Assembly: GCA_050273025.1 (NCBI GenBank)
Contig: CP158635.1
Location: 11,594,001 to 11,658,000, forward strand
Direction of reading: 5' to 3'
DNA: 64,000 nucleotides
Origin: Cenococcum geophilum
Taxonomy: Eukaryota
Shown here: positions 11,760 through 25,895 of the stretch, piece by piece
Layout of the letters: each line of letters opens with the position of its first letter
Position numbering within the stretch: the first letter of the stretch is position 1
Translations under genes and position numbers: made by a program
Notes under the pieces: model-generated
The model's database searches: none
What the model saw: the letters and a program-made list of their open reading frames with translations, nothing else
Told to the model about the DNA's origin: nothing

Positions 11760-13143
11760 CTATCCATAACTACTTAAAGAAGCTTGTGATACTCGTCTGC
11801 TTTACTTACGTAACTTAACGGCCTCGAATTACTCTCTCTACCTTTATAAGAGCTGTAATTAGAGTCTTATTACCCTCCTCTTACTGCCCCTTATAGAGCT
11901 TAAGGCGCTCTAGTGCATCTAAAGCCTTATTAAGCTTAATAACTTATGGCTTAACCTTATTATCGCTTTCCTTGTCATCTGGCGCATTATATAAAGCTAT
12001 AATTAAGGCCTTAATTACTTTCTGTAATAAGGAGGCCTTAGGCTCTATTAAAGCGTCCTCCTTATCCAGATTAATAAAGTCACTAATAGCCATTAATTAA
12101 CTAATTTGCCCTGCCTGGCTAAGCCGCTGTAAATACGCCTCTAATTTAGCCTTAAGCTAAGGCTTGCTATACCCGCTTAGCGTACTTTAGGGGCCCTCGC
12201 GGGGTCCAAAGATTGTTAAATATATAAAGCAATTTATCATGGTTTAAGGGCTAATCTTATACTATGCTGCAATAGCCCATTAAACGGCCCTAAGTACGTT
12301 TATTATCTTAAGGGGGTTCCTATCTTGCTCCACCTAATCTACTATATAGGACAGCTAGTAGCGGCGGTAATAGGCTTTAAAGGTTTAAATTATACCCTAA
12401 TCTAAAGGCTGATAGAGAGAGGTAACGTTTTTAGGCAGAAATTTAACCCTAGTGTTAAGCAAGCTAGCGTGCTCTAATACCGTAAGCATACCCCCAGTAT
12501 GGCTAGGAGCGGAATTAATAAGTAGGAGGACCTTTCTACCGCCTATTAGGCCGTTAAACCACCTAATATAATTAAGGAATATTAACGCCGTTATCTATGC
12601 CTTCTTATTAAACCTTTAGGCGAAGTTAAGGCCCCTTAGGTTGCTACGCTGCGTCCTAAAACATTAAGGATTTTTCGCTCTTCTAATAATCTATAGGGGT
12701 ACAATATAGCTACCGTCTGCGTTGCTGCAGTAAACGGTTATAATACGCTCCTTCTACTTTTTAGTGCCTAATTACCCTATAGTTGTAAGTCCTATATCTA
12801 GCGTGGCCTTATAGAAAAGCCCTGCCTTATCTATATTGTAAACGTCTTAATTTAGGTACGCATCTATAATAACCCTAAGCTCCTATATGCGCTCCTTAGC
12901 GCCTTCTATATCTACTAACCTAGCCTCGCCGTATAGCTTCCGTCTTAATATTTAATTCCTTTTCTTAAAGTTATTAACCTAACCGCTTAAGAAGCTAGGC
13001 TATTATTAACCCTAATAACACGCTATTATATTTTAAAGCTTTATTGCTATAGCCTATATAAGGTCGCCGGTAACAAGTATATTAACAGCCTACATCCACT
13101 GTTGCCATTTAAATAGTGCTTCTTTAAGCTTAGGGTTATTAGG
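11760..13143 (-). pseudogene. CENP-B/Tigger-type transposase (HTH_Tnp_Tc5 plus DDE_1), 3' part
   Basis: De-RIP motifs: NPELEEALFEW, SFSSGWVDNFKKR, DVYNMDEAGLFYK, KERITTVYCSNADG, IIGRAKNPRCF, NKKAWMT, KVLLLIDSAPSH, FLPKNVTSLYQPLDQGII. Confidence 0.92.
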
Positions 13144-14850
13144 TGTTACGAAGTAAGTATAAGCGACGATAATATATAGCAAAGTAGATATTATTAAGCT
13201 ATGTACATAAACTGTGTAATAAGGTTAAGACATTATATAAGGAGAGAAGGTAGGAGATTGGGAAGAAAGGGCATATATTACTAACTTGGTTGCTTAGTTA
13301 ACACGTATATAGGGCAGAATAGGGTTTAGGTTGTAGTCTTAGCAGAACTTAGCAGAATTTGGTGGAACTTGGTAGAATTTAGTGGAACTTAGCAGAATAT
13401 GGCAGAATGCCGTAGATTGCCGTTAGATTACCGTTAGATTACCATTTTACAGTTAGTCTCTAATTGCTAAGTCAGTAAAAATAGGTGGATGTGTGTAAGG
13501 TGTTACGGGGGTATCCCGTGACAGTACCCCCCCTTTAAACTCAAGCTTCTGCGAAATAGGGCTGCGGTAGTTCTAGGTGGAGTTTGTAAAAGTCTTCTAC
13601 GGCTTATATAAGTCCTATAGAGTTAACGGGTTCCTATAAGGACTTAGTAAAGCCTCTCCATTTTATAAAATATATATATTAGCGTTTCCGTTTATCGTAC
13701 TTAATATTATTAATTCTTTTAATAAAGTTCTCGTTCTTACCATCTACTTTAACTGGTAGGGGAGGGTCCTATATCTGTCTAGGCAGGGCGTCTAATATAG
13801 GGGTAGTAGGACGGAGGACTGACGTATAGAATATAGGGTGGATTTTAACCGTATTAGGGAGCTTTAGTTGGTACAAGTAAGAGGAAACGACCTTCTTAAC
13901 CTTATAAGGGCCAGCGTTCTTCTAATTAAGTTTCTTAGCAGGTTGTTTCGTGTTTAGATTTCTTATATCTAGCTAGATAAAGTCACTAACTTAATAGGCC
14001 GGTGCTAGGGTTTGTTTCTTATTCGTAGCGGCTTTATAGATAGATTAGGCCCATATTATTTTATTAGTAAGAAACTGTTATAGTTCCTCTATCTTTTCTA
14101 TAAATTTGTTTACTTCTGTAACCTATAAGGCTTAAAAAGTGGGGCGAGGAACGTTGCTGAAGGGTTTAAAGCCTATTTAAGGATACTAGCCGTAGTTAGC
14201 CAGGAATGGGGAGACCTTTATAGTTTCTAAGACGGAATTATTTACCATAAACTTAGTAAATATAAGCTAGTTAATCCAGTTATCTTATAAGTATAACGTA
14301 TATATCCGAATATACTATTCTATTATAGTATTTACACGTTCCGTTTAACTATCTATTTCTAGGTAGTATACTATAAATAATAGTGCTTTAATATAGAGTT
14401 GGGTAGTTAGTTCTTCCTAGAATATAGAGATAAGCTAGCTACCTTTATTAGAGATAATCGTTTTAGGGGGTCTGTGGAGTTTCTATATATAATCCAGGAA
14501 TAGTTAGGCGATAGCAGGTATTAATATATTAGGGCAGGCAATTAAGTGTCTTATTTTAGATAGTCGGTCTATAACTACTATAATATTTATATAGCCTTTA
14601 CTTATAGGGAGATCAATAATAAAGTTAATTAAAATGTTCTTCCATCTTCGGTCTAGAATAGGTAGTGGCTTTAGAAGGCCATTATACGTCTTATATAAAG
14701 CTTTAGCTCGTTAATAGATATAGCAGCTAGAGACGTACCTTTATATTATATTATGCATATTCGGCCAATAGTATTCTTATTAAAGCAGTTTTAGGGTTTT
14801 TCCTTAACCTAGGTGGCCAGCTACTAGTAGGTTATATATATGTTTAAGGA

Positions 14851-17800
14851 TTTGCTTTAAAAAGCCGCTACAGCAGCAGAACACGCCTACCACCTACCTA
14901 ATAAAGAAATAACCATCTCCAATCAAATTTACGGCATATTATGCCCTAGAACTAATGTATACAGCACAGCCGGAAAGCCTACGCAACCCTAGGGGGTCGC
15001 AGCAAACTTAAAGGGGAGGCGCCGCATAGGAAAACGCGACGCAACAATAAATACAATAAAGGGCGACACAACCATAATAACTAAAGGACACCAACTAGAA
15101 ATGGCAGAAACTCATAGACATCCTAAAAGATATTAAAGAAAATCTAGGGAAGGGAGAAAATAAATACCTACGTATAGGGGTAGCGTATATGGCTTAAGAA
15201 GTAGGCCAAATCGCCCAGGAACTCTAGATAAAGCATAATAGGAACTAGAATATAGTAGAGGATAGGATTAGGCGCATTAAAGACGCTATAAAAGAGTAGA
15301 AACTACTAATAACGCAAGTAGCAAAACCATTATAGGCTAACATCGTAGCAGGCGCCTAACCGGCGACCCTCCCTTGCCTACCCAGCGTAGCACCAGTAAG
15401 AGCCACAGTTAGGGTTTATATACTAATAGCAGTAGGAACAGACCCGGAACAGATCCTTATATTAATTAAAGTATACATACTAAAGGCAGTGGCGGTAAGG
15501 GTTCTATATAGTGGCGACGTAAAGGTTATACTCCCTAACCAGGAGGTAAAGGACTAGACCCTTACCTAGGGAGACACCCCTAAGTGTAAGATTCTCCGCT
15601 AGGATTTCCCAGTTAAAATAATTAGGGTACCTTTTACTACATAAGTGGAAAATAGGAAAGGCGCTGTAAATATATAGATTATTTAAAGGATTACGGAGGC
15701 TACCAAAAAACTAGTCTTAGGGATTACTATAACCAGAATCGCATAGCTATATAAAAAAGAGCGTATAATATATATAGGGGAGACACCAGGGCCTTAAAGG
15801 ATTAAAACACGCAGTACTCTAATAATTAACCTACTAACCTAAGAAATGCAGGCTATAGTAGCCCGTAAAGGAGTAGTTATAGATAGCCTCTAGTATAAAG
15901 CCCGACTATACTACTACGCGGTAGAAGTTTGATAATGCTTTAAATGCCAATAGTAGGGGCACACCTAAAGTAGATGCGGAAAGGACGCAAGGTACGGGAT
16001 ATGCGCTAACGCATACGACACTAAGGACTGCCGTAAGGACAAGGGAGACAGATATGTAAACTGCGGAAAAAGATATAGAGTATAGCAGAAGACGGCGTAT
16101 AAAACCTACTAGGTGTATCTAGAAGCTACTATAATAAAACATATTAAACTATACCGGAATATAGCTACGGTATAGGGAAACACTTATAAGGAGAAGGAGA
16201 TAAGTAGGGTAAATAACGCAAACAACGGAACCTAATCAACCGCATAGTAAAAGAGATTTAGGTTACCTACCCTAATAGAAGCACCCTCTACCTAACTAGT
16301 AGCAAAACGGGCTATAGAACGCTTATAAGGCAGCACTAACGCCGCCAGAGACCCGTCCTAGTAGAGAATCCTAATTATAACAATCCTAAATAGGACACCC
16401 TAGATATAAAGGAAAGGCGCCAATAAGTTACTAAACCAATTACCACTATAAAATTAATAACAATAGTTTAATATAACTGCGGACACTTAAACTACAGAGC
16501 TACGCGCCCTTTATTTAATAGTCTAGACCTAGAGGAATACCAGATAATTATAATATAGGAACTAGTATTTAATAAGCAAACCTAAAAAACATACTAACTA
16601 AAAGGATACTACCTCCTATATAAACCAGACCCGGCTACCTACACGTGCTTTTTAATTAGTAAACACATTAATATATAGGCGTGGAGCTACCGCTCTATTA
16701 GCCCTAATATAGCTAAACTATAAATAGCTATAGAGAGGGGCCAAATTAGTATAATTAATGTCTATAACCTAAGTGATAACAGACCCTAGATAACTACGTG
16801 GGGCCTACTCTAACAAACTATTAACTTAGCAGAAGGCGAGATAATAGTCCTAGGGGACTTTAATATACACTATACGGCATAGGGAGGACTATAGGCTACA
16901 GTAGAAGCATAAGCGACTTACCTGCTTAACGAACTAGTAATATAAGACATTATCTTAATTACCTTAACTGGTAAACCTATATGGAAAAGAGGAACCTAAG
17001 AGAGTATAATCGACCTTATATTTATATAAGAAGCGCTCGCAGACTAACTAGGATTCTGCGGACTAGAAGATATATAGGCACTAACCGCAGACCATATACC
17101 TATATAGATAGCTCTTAACGTTACTGTCCCAGCGCCATAAACTTACTAGAGATACGCCATTAAAAAACTTAATTAGGAAAAATACTCCTAGGAAATTAAT
17201 AATAGACTAGCAGCGACCCCTAAAGTAACGCTAGAGGACATCTAGAGGACCATAAGTAACTACCTAGAGGAATACTACCTAAAGGCCAGGCCTAACAAAT
17301 ATGCTTAGCGCGAGTGGTTGCTAGAGGCAGCACAGCTACTTATAGGCTTAAGGAGGGCGAGGCAATAGTATAGCATAATAGGCGAGGCCTACCACTAATA
17401 AAGCTATAAGGCCCTAAAGAATAGGCTTAAGAAGATAATGCGGAAGGAAAGCAGAAATAGCTAGCGTTAATTCCTAGAGGAAATTACCTTAGATATTACT
17501 AAACCATATAACCAAGGCCTCTGGCGCATATTAAAGTGGAGTAAAAAAGTAGTCAGTAAAATGCTAGAAGACCCCCATCTACCTATACTCTATAGGACAG
17601 AACAGGATCAATATATAAATGATAACGGGGAAAAAACAAAAATACTAGCAGAGAGGTTCTTCTCTAGCATAGTCTAAGCGGACCTATAGGACACTAGCAG
17701 TTAAGAAGACCCTATACCTCTAGAGATAAGCCAGATGGTTATAATAAAGGAGATAAAGGACGCTATATGGAAGCTCCCTAATGGGAAAGCAGTAGGACTA

Positions 17801-20087
17801 GATAGGATCCCAAATAAGGCAATTAAAGCTGCATTAGAAGCTCTAATAATACCACTAGCTAATATTATAACTACCTACCTACACAAAGGCAAGCTATTAG
17901 AATGCTGTAAAGCAACAACTATAGTTGTCCTATAAAAGGCAAATAAAAAGGACTACTCTCTACCAGGAAGCTACCGACTAATCGCCCTTAAAAACACGCT
18001 AGGAAAGCTCCTAGAAAAAATAGTCGCAGAGCGCATGCAAGAAGCCACAGAAGCACATAAGCTACTACTACGGATATAAATAGGCGCAAGGAAGAAGCGA
18101 TTAACCCTATTAGCTATCTCCCTAATTACTTCCAGCGTCCAGGCAGCGTGGCAAGCTAGGCTAGGCTGTATAGTATCTATGCTAAGCCTAGACATAAGCG
18201 GAGCCTTTAACCATGTATCGCATAAGAGGCTCCTATAGATCCTAAGAAAGAAGGGCCTCCTAAAATAGATAATTAAGTTTACCTAATCCTTCTTAATAGG
18301 GCGCAATACTAAAATAGTATTTAAGGGATATAAAAGTGAAACAATACTAATACGCACAGGAATCCCATAGGGATCACCCCTATCGCCAATCCTGTTCCTA
18401 TTTTTTATATCTAAGCTACTAAAGACATTTAATAACGACCAGAAAATAGTAGCCCTAGGCTTTATAGACGACACAAACCTTATTACATGGGGAAACATAA
18501 TAGTAGAAAACTGTACTAGGCTAAATCAGGCATATAACAGGTATATCGCATAGGCAAAACAATATGGTGCCAAATTTGCACTAGACAAATACTAGCTTAT
18601 CCATTTTATAAGGAAAAGGAGGGTAAATAACGACCTAGCGTTAACGGTGAGTATCTAGGGATATAAAGCAAAGCCGGAAGCCATACTTAAGGTCCTAGGG
18701 GTCTAGGTAGACACTAAACTAAACTAGAATGCACACATTATAAAGGCGACTACTAGGGGTGCAGCAGCATTCGCAGCAGCATTATGAATTACAGCCTCGA
18801 CCTGGGGACCATCATTTAGACGTACACGACTACTATATACGGTAGTAGTAAGACTAATAATGCTATACGGAGCCTAGATCTGGGGCCTTAAACTAAACAG
18901 TAAGCTAATAGCAAAAAGCTCCCTAGCGCTATTAGAAAAACTATAGAACTAATGCCTACGTAGAATTACAGGAGCCTATAAGCGGACACCACGTACCGCA
19001 ATAGAACGCGAAGCAGTAGTACTACTACTTAATGTCTATATAGACACAACTGCTATATAAAGAGCAGCCATAGTATAAGGACACCCGGTAGAGAAAGATA
19101 TATACTAAGTACTAGAACGCATATATAAAGTAAGGCCTTACTAGAGAGAAGCAAGGTCCTACCGGAGGCGTAATATACCCAAGTATATAAGCTAGGAGGC
19201 CCTACGCCTATAAGCAGTAGAGAGAGAATAAGAAATATGGGAGCTACTATAACACTAAGCAGAGACCCGGCGCCACGCCAGTAGAGCACCACTACGGCAA
19301 TAGAGGATAGGAGGCCACTAATATAGGTGGAGATCGACTATATATATCGCAAAATAGGCAGATATAGAGTGGAAGCGACGCTGGAAGAAGGCGGCGAAGA
19401 CACAGAGAGCAGCTACGTGGAATACCCTATGGATAATACTGACTCTCCCCCTATACAAAGGATAGACGAAGGTAGAATCTACAGCTAGCTTTCTACTACG
19501 GATAAAGGTAATAGGGCTAAACGCATGGCTAGCAAGCATCTATATCCTATAAACTACACCACACTATATATATAGATGGCCCACACAATTAGTACGCTAT
19601 GTACTACTCTTTTATAACTACCATATAGCTAGAGACTAGCTATTTACCAGGGCGGGCACAAATGATATTACCCGAATGCTCTCTACTAGTAGAGGCCTAT
19701 ATATAACGGTAAAATGGCTAATAAGCTAAGGAGTCCTTTAGCAATTCCAGATAGCATATAAGATCTAATAGGAGGATACTGGAGGATACGCCCCCTTCCA
19801 GCCCCTTAGGGACTGGACACCCCTACCTAGTCGAAGGCAATACGCAGGCGAACCACCCAACCCTCCTACTACCCCCTAGATCTTCCAAGATACCCTAAAA
19901 GTATAGTACGAAAGGCAAATAAACTACAAAGATATACAGGCTAGGCGAAGGTGGAGCGCGTAAGACTAGCTAAAAGGATACACCTAGGTTTTCCCCTAAT
20001 TAGGGATTTTTCCTATATAGAAGGTAGAAGCCTACATGGACCTAAAATAGGGACCAAATCGGGCGATAAATAGAATTAATAATAATA
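14851..20087 (+). mobile_element. Tad-like LINE, copy 1, apparently full length
   Basis: ~17-bp TSD at 14834-14850 and 20088-20104; (AAT)n tail; three ORF1 CCHC knuckles 15933-16100; APE motifs (V*YNCG, LGDFN, IDL, DH); RT GIP*GSPLSPILF and GFIDDTN at 18458; C-terminal CCHC ~19565. Confidence 0.95.
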
Positions 20088-20278
20088 ATATATGTGTTTG
20101 AGGAGCTTAAGCTTAAGTTTATTATAATTAGGGATAACTAGACGGTTTTAGTAATATAAGCGGTTTCCGCGAGCTTTATATTTACTTAGAGAGATCTTCT
20201 TAGAGCGTCTAACGCCGTCATAGATTAGCTTAAGCGTCTCTTAGATAAGCTCGTTATTTAGGTATTTATTAATTATAA

Positions 20279-20379
20279 AAATAGAGTTTTCTCCCCACAT
20301 GTAAATAAGGAGTAGTCCGCGTAGGCCCAATAGGGATCCGAATCGGACGTTAAGCAATGAATTATTATTATTATTATTA
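20279..20379 (+). mobile_element. Severely 5'-truncated (~100 bp) copy of the LINE 2 family
   Basis: Matches 31361-31440; (ATT)n tail; TSD TTATTAATTATAA at 20266-20278 and 20380-20392. Confidence 0.88.
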
Positions 20380-23300
20380 TTATTAATTATAATCTATTTA
20401 ATCAATTAATTAGTTATTTTAAGAATATATACTATAAGATCTTCTATAGGAGGGTTAAATAGTTTAGGGCGAAGTAGGGTTTAATTTTAGTAAGAGCGCG
20501 CTTCTTTTAGGGCTGGCGCGTTTTGTAAGCGTTGGGTTAGGGCATTAGGCTTTTAACCTTAGACGCCTAAGCGGTATATAATTAAGAATTGGAAGCGTAA
20601 TAGATATTCTGACCAGCGGGCCTAACGATGACTTAGCTGTTTTGTGGTTATGAAGTATTATAGGTTCTTATAGTCGCTAAAGACCTTAATTGGAAATCCG
20701 GCGCCTTTTAGTTCAGGTCGCCATTACTTAAAGTATCTAATAATAGCTAGCAATTCTTTATCGTAGATCTTGTAATTATATTTAGTAGGGCTTAGTTGCT
20801 TTAAGAAGTATGCTATAGGGTGTAATACCCCTTCTTTGTTATATTAAGACAGAATGCCTTTAGTAATATAATTAGATAAGTCGGCTTTTATAATACTTAT
20901 TTGCTCTAGGTTAAAGTGTTAAAGTATAGGTATAGTAGTAAATATAACCTTTAGATAAGTAAAGGCCTTCTTATATTCCTTATTGAAGACAAAAGCTTTA
21001 TTCTTTTAGGTTAGAGTAATAAGGGGTAAAACTAGGGCGGAGAAGTTGTTAATAAACCGTTAGTAGAAATTGATAAATTCTATAAAGGCTTTTATATCCT
21101 TAATGTTCTCGGGTTCTTACTAGTTTATAATTACTTTGACTTTCTTTAGGTCTATTTATATACCGTTTATAGAAATAAGAAGCCTAAGGTATAGAACTTC
21201 CGTTTTATAAAACTTATATTTATCTATATTTAATTATAAACTAGCTCTATATAGGGCTTATAGGATAAGGTTAATATATTTCCAATATTTGGTTAGATTA
21301 TTACTATATATTAGAATGTTGTTAATATAAGTAGTATAGAAGATATCTAGGTAGGGACGCAGGGTGTTATTTATATAATGTTAAAACGAGCTTAGAGCGT
21401 TTGTGAGGCCGAAGGGTATTACTAAGTACTTAAATAGTCTATATCGGGCACGAAATGCAGTAAGCCATTTATCTCCCTTTATAATGCGTAGACGGTTAAA
21501 TATAGAGATAATATTAAGCTTTGTGTAGTAACGAGCTTTACTTAGTCGGATTAGCATTTTTTGTATCAATAGGATCGGATATTAGTTCTTAACGGTAACA
21601 GCGTTAAGAGCTTAGTAGTCTACATAGAAGTATAGACCGCCGCCGGGTTTCTTAACGAAAATCACTAGTGCGGCTATAGGTGACGAGCTTACTCTAATAA
21701 ATTCTTTGCTTAGGTTCTCGTCTAAATACTTTCGTAGTACTTGGAGTTTATTTTAGGACGTCCTATATAGGGGTCTAAATCCAGGCTGCTTTCCTTCTTC
21801 AAGTATAATCTTATGGTCGTACAATCGGTGTTCCGGTAGCTTATCGGCTTCCTTCTATAAAAATACCTTTAGGCGGTTGTGGTACTCTACTAGTACCTTT
21901 ATAGTAGGGTTGGTGTACTTCTTTAGTGCTAAGGCCTTCTTAATATCGGCTATAGTGACAGCAAAGATCGTATACTCGGGTTTCTTAGTAAGTCGCGCTA
22001 GCGGGGTAGCTCTAATTATGCGGATATCTAGGGTGCTAAGCTCGCTCGGATTGTCTATAGCTCCTTATTTAGGTTTAGGTTTAGTATTAGGTACGGAGTT
22101 AGTGTTAGATTTAGGTTTGGGTTTTTTAAGTATTCTTTTTATTATAGAGTACTAGTTTTTCTAGTAGTTTTATATGCTAAGCTTAAGCTTCTGCTTAGTT
22201 CGGGGTAGTGTAATACTTGGTAATAACTTATAGAGTTTAGTGGAGTTTTCGGATCTTTGGTGGATATTAGTGGAATTCTTATATTAGTGGGATTTAGTAG
22301 AATTCTTATGCTGGTGGAATCTGGTGGATTTTTTAGATTTTAGTTCTAGGTCTAAGCAGCAAGTTATAAGGCACTTCTGCTTATAACGGGAGGCAGTAAA
22401 TAGAAGCTTAAGGTTGTCCTAATTAATAGTCACCTTATATAGCTTTATCTAGGGTTGTTTAAGGATTACTAGGTAACCCAGGGTAGTAACGAAAAGTTTA
22501 ATTAATTCTTCGTGGTTTAGGTATTAGAGTCTTAGGAATACTATATAGGTAATACGGCCTAAGACGGTGCGTTTACCATTAAATCTAAATACGTTAATAT
22601 GCCGGTTAAGGGGTGTTAGGGTAAAACTACTATCTTATATAAAGATTTTATTAATAAATCCTATACCGCTAGCTCCTATATCAATTAGGATTTAAGCATT
22701 AGCCTATTAACTATTCTGCTAAAGGTGGTAGTTAATAGTTATGCTACGGTCCTAAGAGTTAGAGTTTGTAATATTAAATGCGTTTAATAAAATCCTATAG
22801 TAGAGCCGTCCTAGAGAGCGACTTAGCTCCGGGACCTTCCTTTTAGAGGTAATTAGGGTAGGGTTCTTATAGGACGTTAGTTAGAGCTTTGTTCTCGTAA
22901 ATAGTACTTATTAATTATTAAGCTAAAGCCAGATAAAGATTGGGGACGGTGGCTAGAGGATTAGGGCGGTAGGCTACTAGCGTTAACTATTTATAGATCT
23001 TTTTAAAAAGGGGTGGAGCAGTAGTTAGAGAGGTAGGAGTTACTTCTATATTTAAAGCAGAGGCCTAGCTTAATACGTCGTTCTCATTTAGAGGACCCTA
23101 GTGGGGTATATCTTAGGGTCCTAGTGTTAATATCTATGGCGTCGGGGTGCTTAGGCTAAGACAATAACTTAGTAGACATTTATGGGGTTGCCGTATTGTA
23201 TTAAGGGGCGTGTTTTGGTGTTAGGCGTAGTATATTATTGTACCGTTTATTAATAACGTTTACGTAGGTATTAAGGGCTCCTAGTAGGTCTACGCCTATT

Positions 23301-24419
23301 AGGGAGGTTTTTAGTTTGAGGCTTAATAATTTAATAAGGCTGTTAATTAGTACGGAATCGTTCCAGCCTATTTCCCTTACGTAATAGTTAAATTTAGAGA
23401 AGTATACTAGGAAGCTCTTTGTTCCCTAAGCTATATAGTTTATCTTTCTCTAAGTGGTGGCTTAGTGGTTTGGGTTACTATATATAGCTTTAAGAAGTAT
23501 AACTAGGCTTTATACTAAGTTCGGCTAAAGGGGTTTAATAAGGTTAGCTGCCTCTCCTCCTAGTTAACTTAGGGCGTAATAGAGTTGGTTGGCTTTAGTT
23601 AGGTAGCGATTAGCATTTTTAGTTAGTTTATTCTTAAGCTGGCTTAGAAATAATCGGAGTTCTTATTGTTTACTAGTAAATATTAGGGGGTTAGGTAACT
23701 GTTCGGATTATTATAGTGCGGTAGTTAGTTTAGGGTGGACAGCTACTATAGACTTAGGGCTCGCGTTTTATATATAAGCCTCTAGTAATAGTATTCGGTC
23801 TTAAGGTTCTAGCGTAGGCATCTTAAAGGTACGGACTTCCTCTTAGAGGGCTTCTATTGTTTTCTAATACCGTACTTCTTACTTAGCTTACTATTAGGTT
23901 AGGGCAACTTGTTATTATTTAAGGGCCTCTATAAAGGACTTCTATATACTTGCCATTTATTCTTAGAGGATAGATATAATATTAGTGGCCGTTACGGGGG
24001 CTTTAGGTGCGTTTTCTATTTCGGGCGGTAGTATAAGTAGTTAACGTAATATAGTGTTACGGAGTAAGTATAAGCGACGATAATATATAGTAAAGTAGAT
24101 ATTATTAAGCTATATATATAAACTGTATAATAAGGTTAAGACGTTACGTAAGGAGAGAAGGTAGAAGATTAGGAAGAAAGGGTATATATTACTAACTTGG
24201 TTGCTTAGTTAACGCGTATATAGGGCAGAATAGGGTTTAGGTTGTAGTCCTAGTAAAACTTAGCAGAATTTGGTGGAACTTAGTAGAATATAGCAGAATA
24301 CCGTAGATTGCTATTAGATTACCGTTAGATTGCCATTTTACGGTTAGTCTTTAATTGCTAAGTTAGTGGAAATAGGTAAACGTGTGTAAGGTATTATAGG
24401 GGTGTCCTATAACATTAGG

Positions 24420-24668
24420 AGCTCTACGCCTCTTAAAGCCCTCCTAGCCGCGTTAAAGGATAAGTAAATTAAGGTACTTATATTTAGGCTTTAAGGAGTC
24501 TAATATAATAGACTGTTAAATAGGGCGTTAAAATTAATCGGTAAAAAAGCGAGTAGTGTCTCTTTAAGGTTTTTTAGGGTTTTTATAGTAGTATACCTAG
24601 ATCTGCTACCTCTTATGCTCTAAAACACTATAGCGGCGAAGGCGCTTAAGGTCCTTAGACTTCGCCAT
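24420..24668 (-). pseudogene. N-terminus of the CENP-B/Tigger-type transposase
   Basis: ATG at 24668 (MAKSKDLKRLRR...); joins the 3' part at 13143 across TSD TTAGG. Confidence 0.8.
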
Positions 24669-25895
24669 TATATAGATAGGGCAAGAGGGGTATTAAATTA
24701 ATGAATATTAATGGCAGTAGTGCTAGTTTATAGGCTTAAGAGTAAGGGGTTAATATATAGCGCTAAATTGCGCCTAGTGGAGATGGAATTTAAACCACCC
24801 CTATAATAATCTATAGATATACATTTACCAGTCGGTTAAACTATAGATTAATAAAACAAATATATACAGTTAACCTCCATTAAGAATTAAGTAATTCCGT
24901 TAAAGAATAGTTATTCCTGATCCTCCAGGGCAATTAACCTCCTATATACGCAGCTCTAAAAATAGGGTTTCCAACACCACAATAGCTCGCGCTATACCGT
25001 TCTTATATAAGAGAGCTTTAAACGTAATAGCGTATCAAATTTGAACGTAAAGCCTTATACGCCTTATAGTAAAATCAACTGTTCCTGGCTATTGACCGGT
25101 ATACCGTAGATAAACGGTGTACCAAGATAACGTTAAAGCGCGGCTTTACTATAGTTGTTTACCACCAAATTAGCATTTCGGCTAATTTTGATTTTCCAAT
25201 CGGTTATAATCCAGGGAGCGGTCAAACCCCATTAACCACGTTACCCCAAAACCCCCCCCTGTCACGGCACTGACCTGACGCATACTGTTTTATACTGTTT
25301 CGTACTGTCTCGTACTATTTCCTACTGTTGGCTGGCCCACCACTAGCGCCTTGGCGGCTGGCCCTACTATTTATATACGATACCCCCTTTCACCTTCTTC
25401 TCCTCTTTATACCACAACGTAGTTATTTAGTCTACTTTATTGCAGCACTGTGACAGTTTGTAGTATCCCTAATTGCGCCTTATTATAACCTTAATTTTTT
25501 CCTAGTCTATTATTTCCGTTTTCCCAGTATGATTACGACCTGGCGCGATCGATAATACCATACTATAAGTCCTAAACAACCCTAGTACAGTTATAGACAA
25601 TCTTAATACTACAGCCAGCCTTATAGACTTTAATTGCCTTATACAGATCCCCTAAAATAGGCGACTATAATATAGATAATACCCCATTAATAAATATACG
25701 TAAAGCACTTACCTACCTTTTTAATACCTTCTATACCTATATTGCCTAGGCAATTAGGAGTAGCCTAGAGTACCCTAAAGACCTTAACGTGGTAGGAACC
25801 TTTTAGCACCTTTTTATATATATAACTTTCCTAACTAGCGTTAAGAGTGGTCTTTAAGCCATTTATAATAAAGGCTAAACTATAAAGTCCTAACT

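Larger units (their letters stand above)
13144..24414 (-). mobile_element. Ty3/Gypsy chromovirus family B, full length, holding two LINE insertions
   Basis: LTRs 13144-13523 and 24055-24414 (differ by two 10-bp units); TSD TTAGG; PPT 13524-13540; CCHC ~23020-23063; protease LIDIGASG ~22670; RT YINN (YIDD) ~21320; integrase; chromodomain ~13560-13735. Confidence 0.95.
11638..25151 (-). mobile_element. pogo/Tigger-like DNA transposon interrupted by chromovirus B
   Basis: Left end TA|CAGTAAAACCTCGCT; right end reverse complement TA|TAGTAAAGCCGCGCT (imperfect TIR); encloses a CENP-B-type transposase. Confidence 0.78.
10211..25241. mobile_element. Tiny MITE (~123 bp when emptied; pieces 10211-10245 and 25154-25241) expanded by nested insertions
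   Basis: ACGTGGTTAACGGGGTTTTGACCGCTCCCTAG (10211-10242) is an inverted repeat of CCAGGGAGCGGTCAAACCCCATTAACCACGT (25211-25241). The ACGT termini resemble Fot1/Pot2 TIRs. The right flank is TA but the left flank is GA. Confidence 0.7.
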
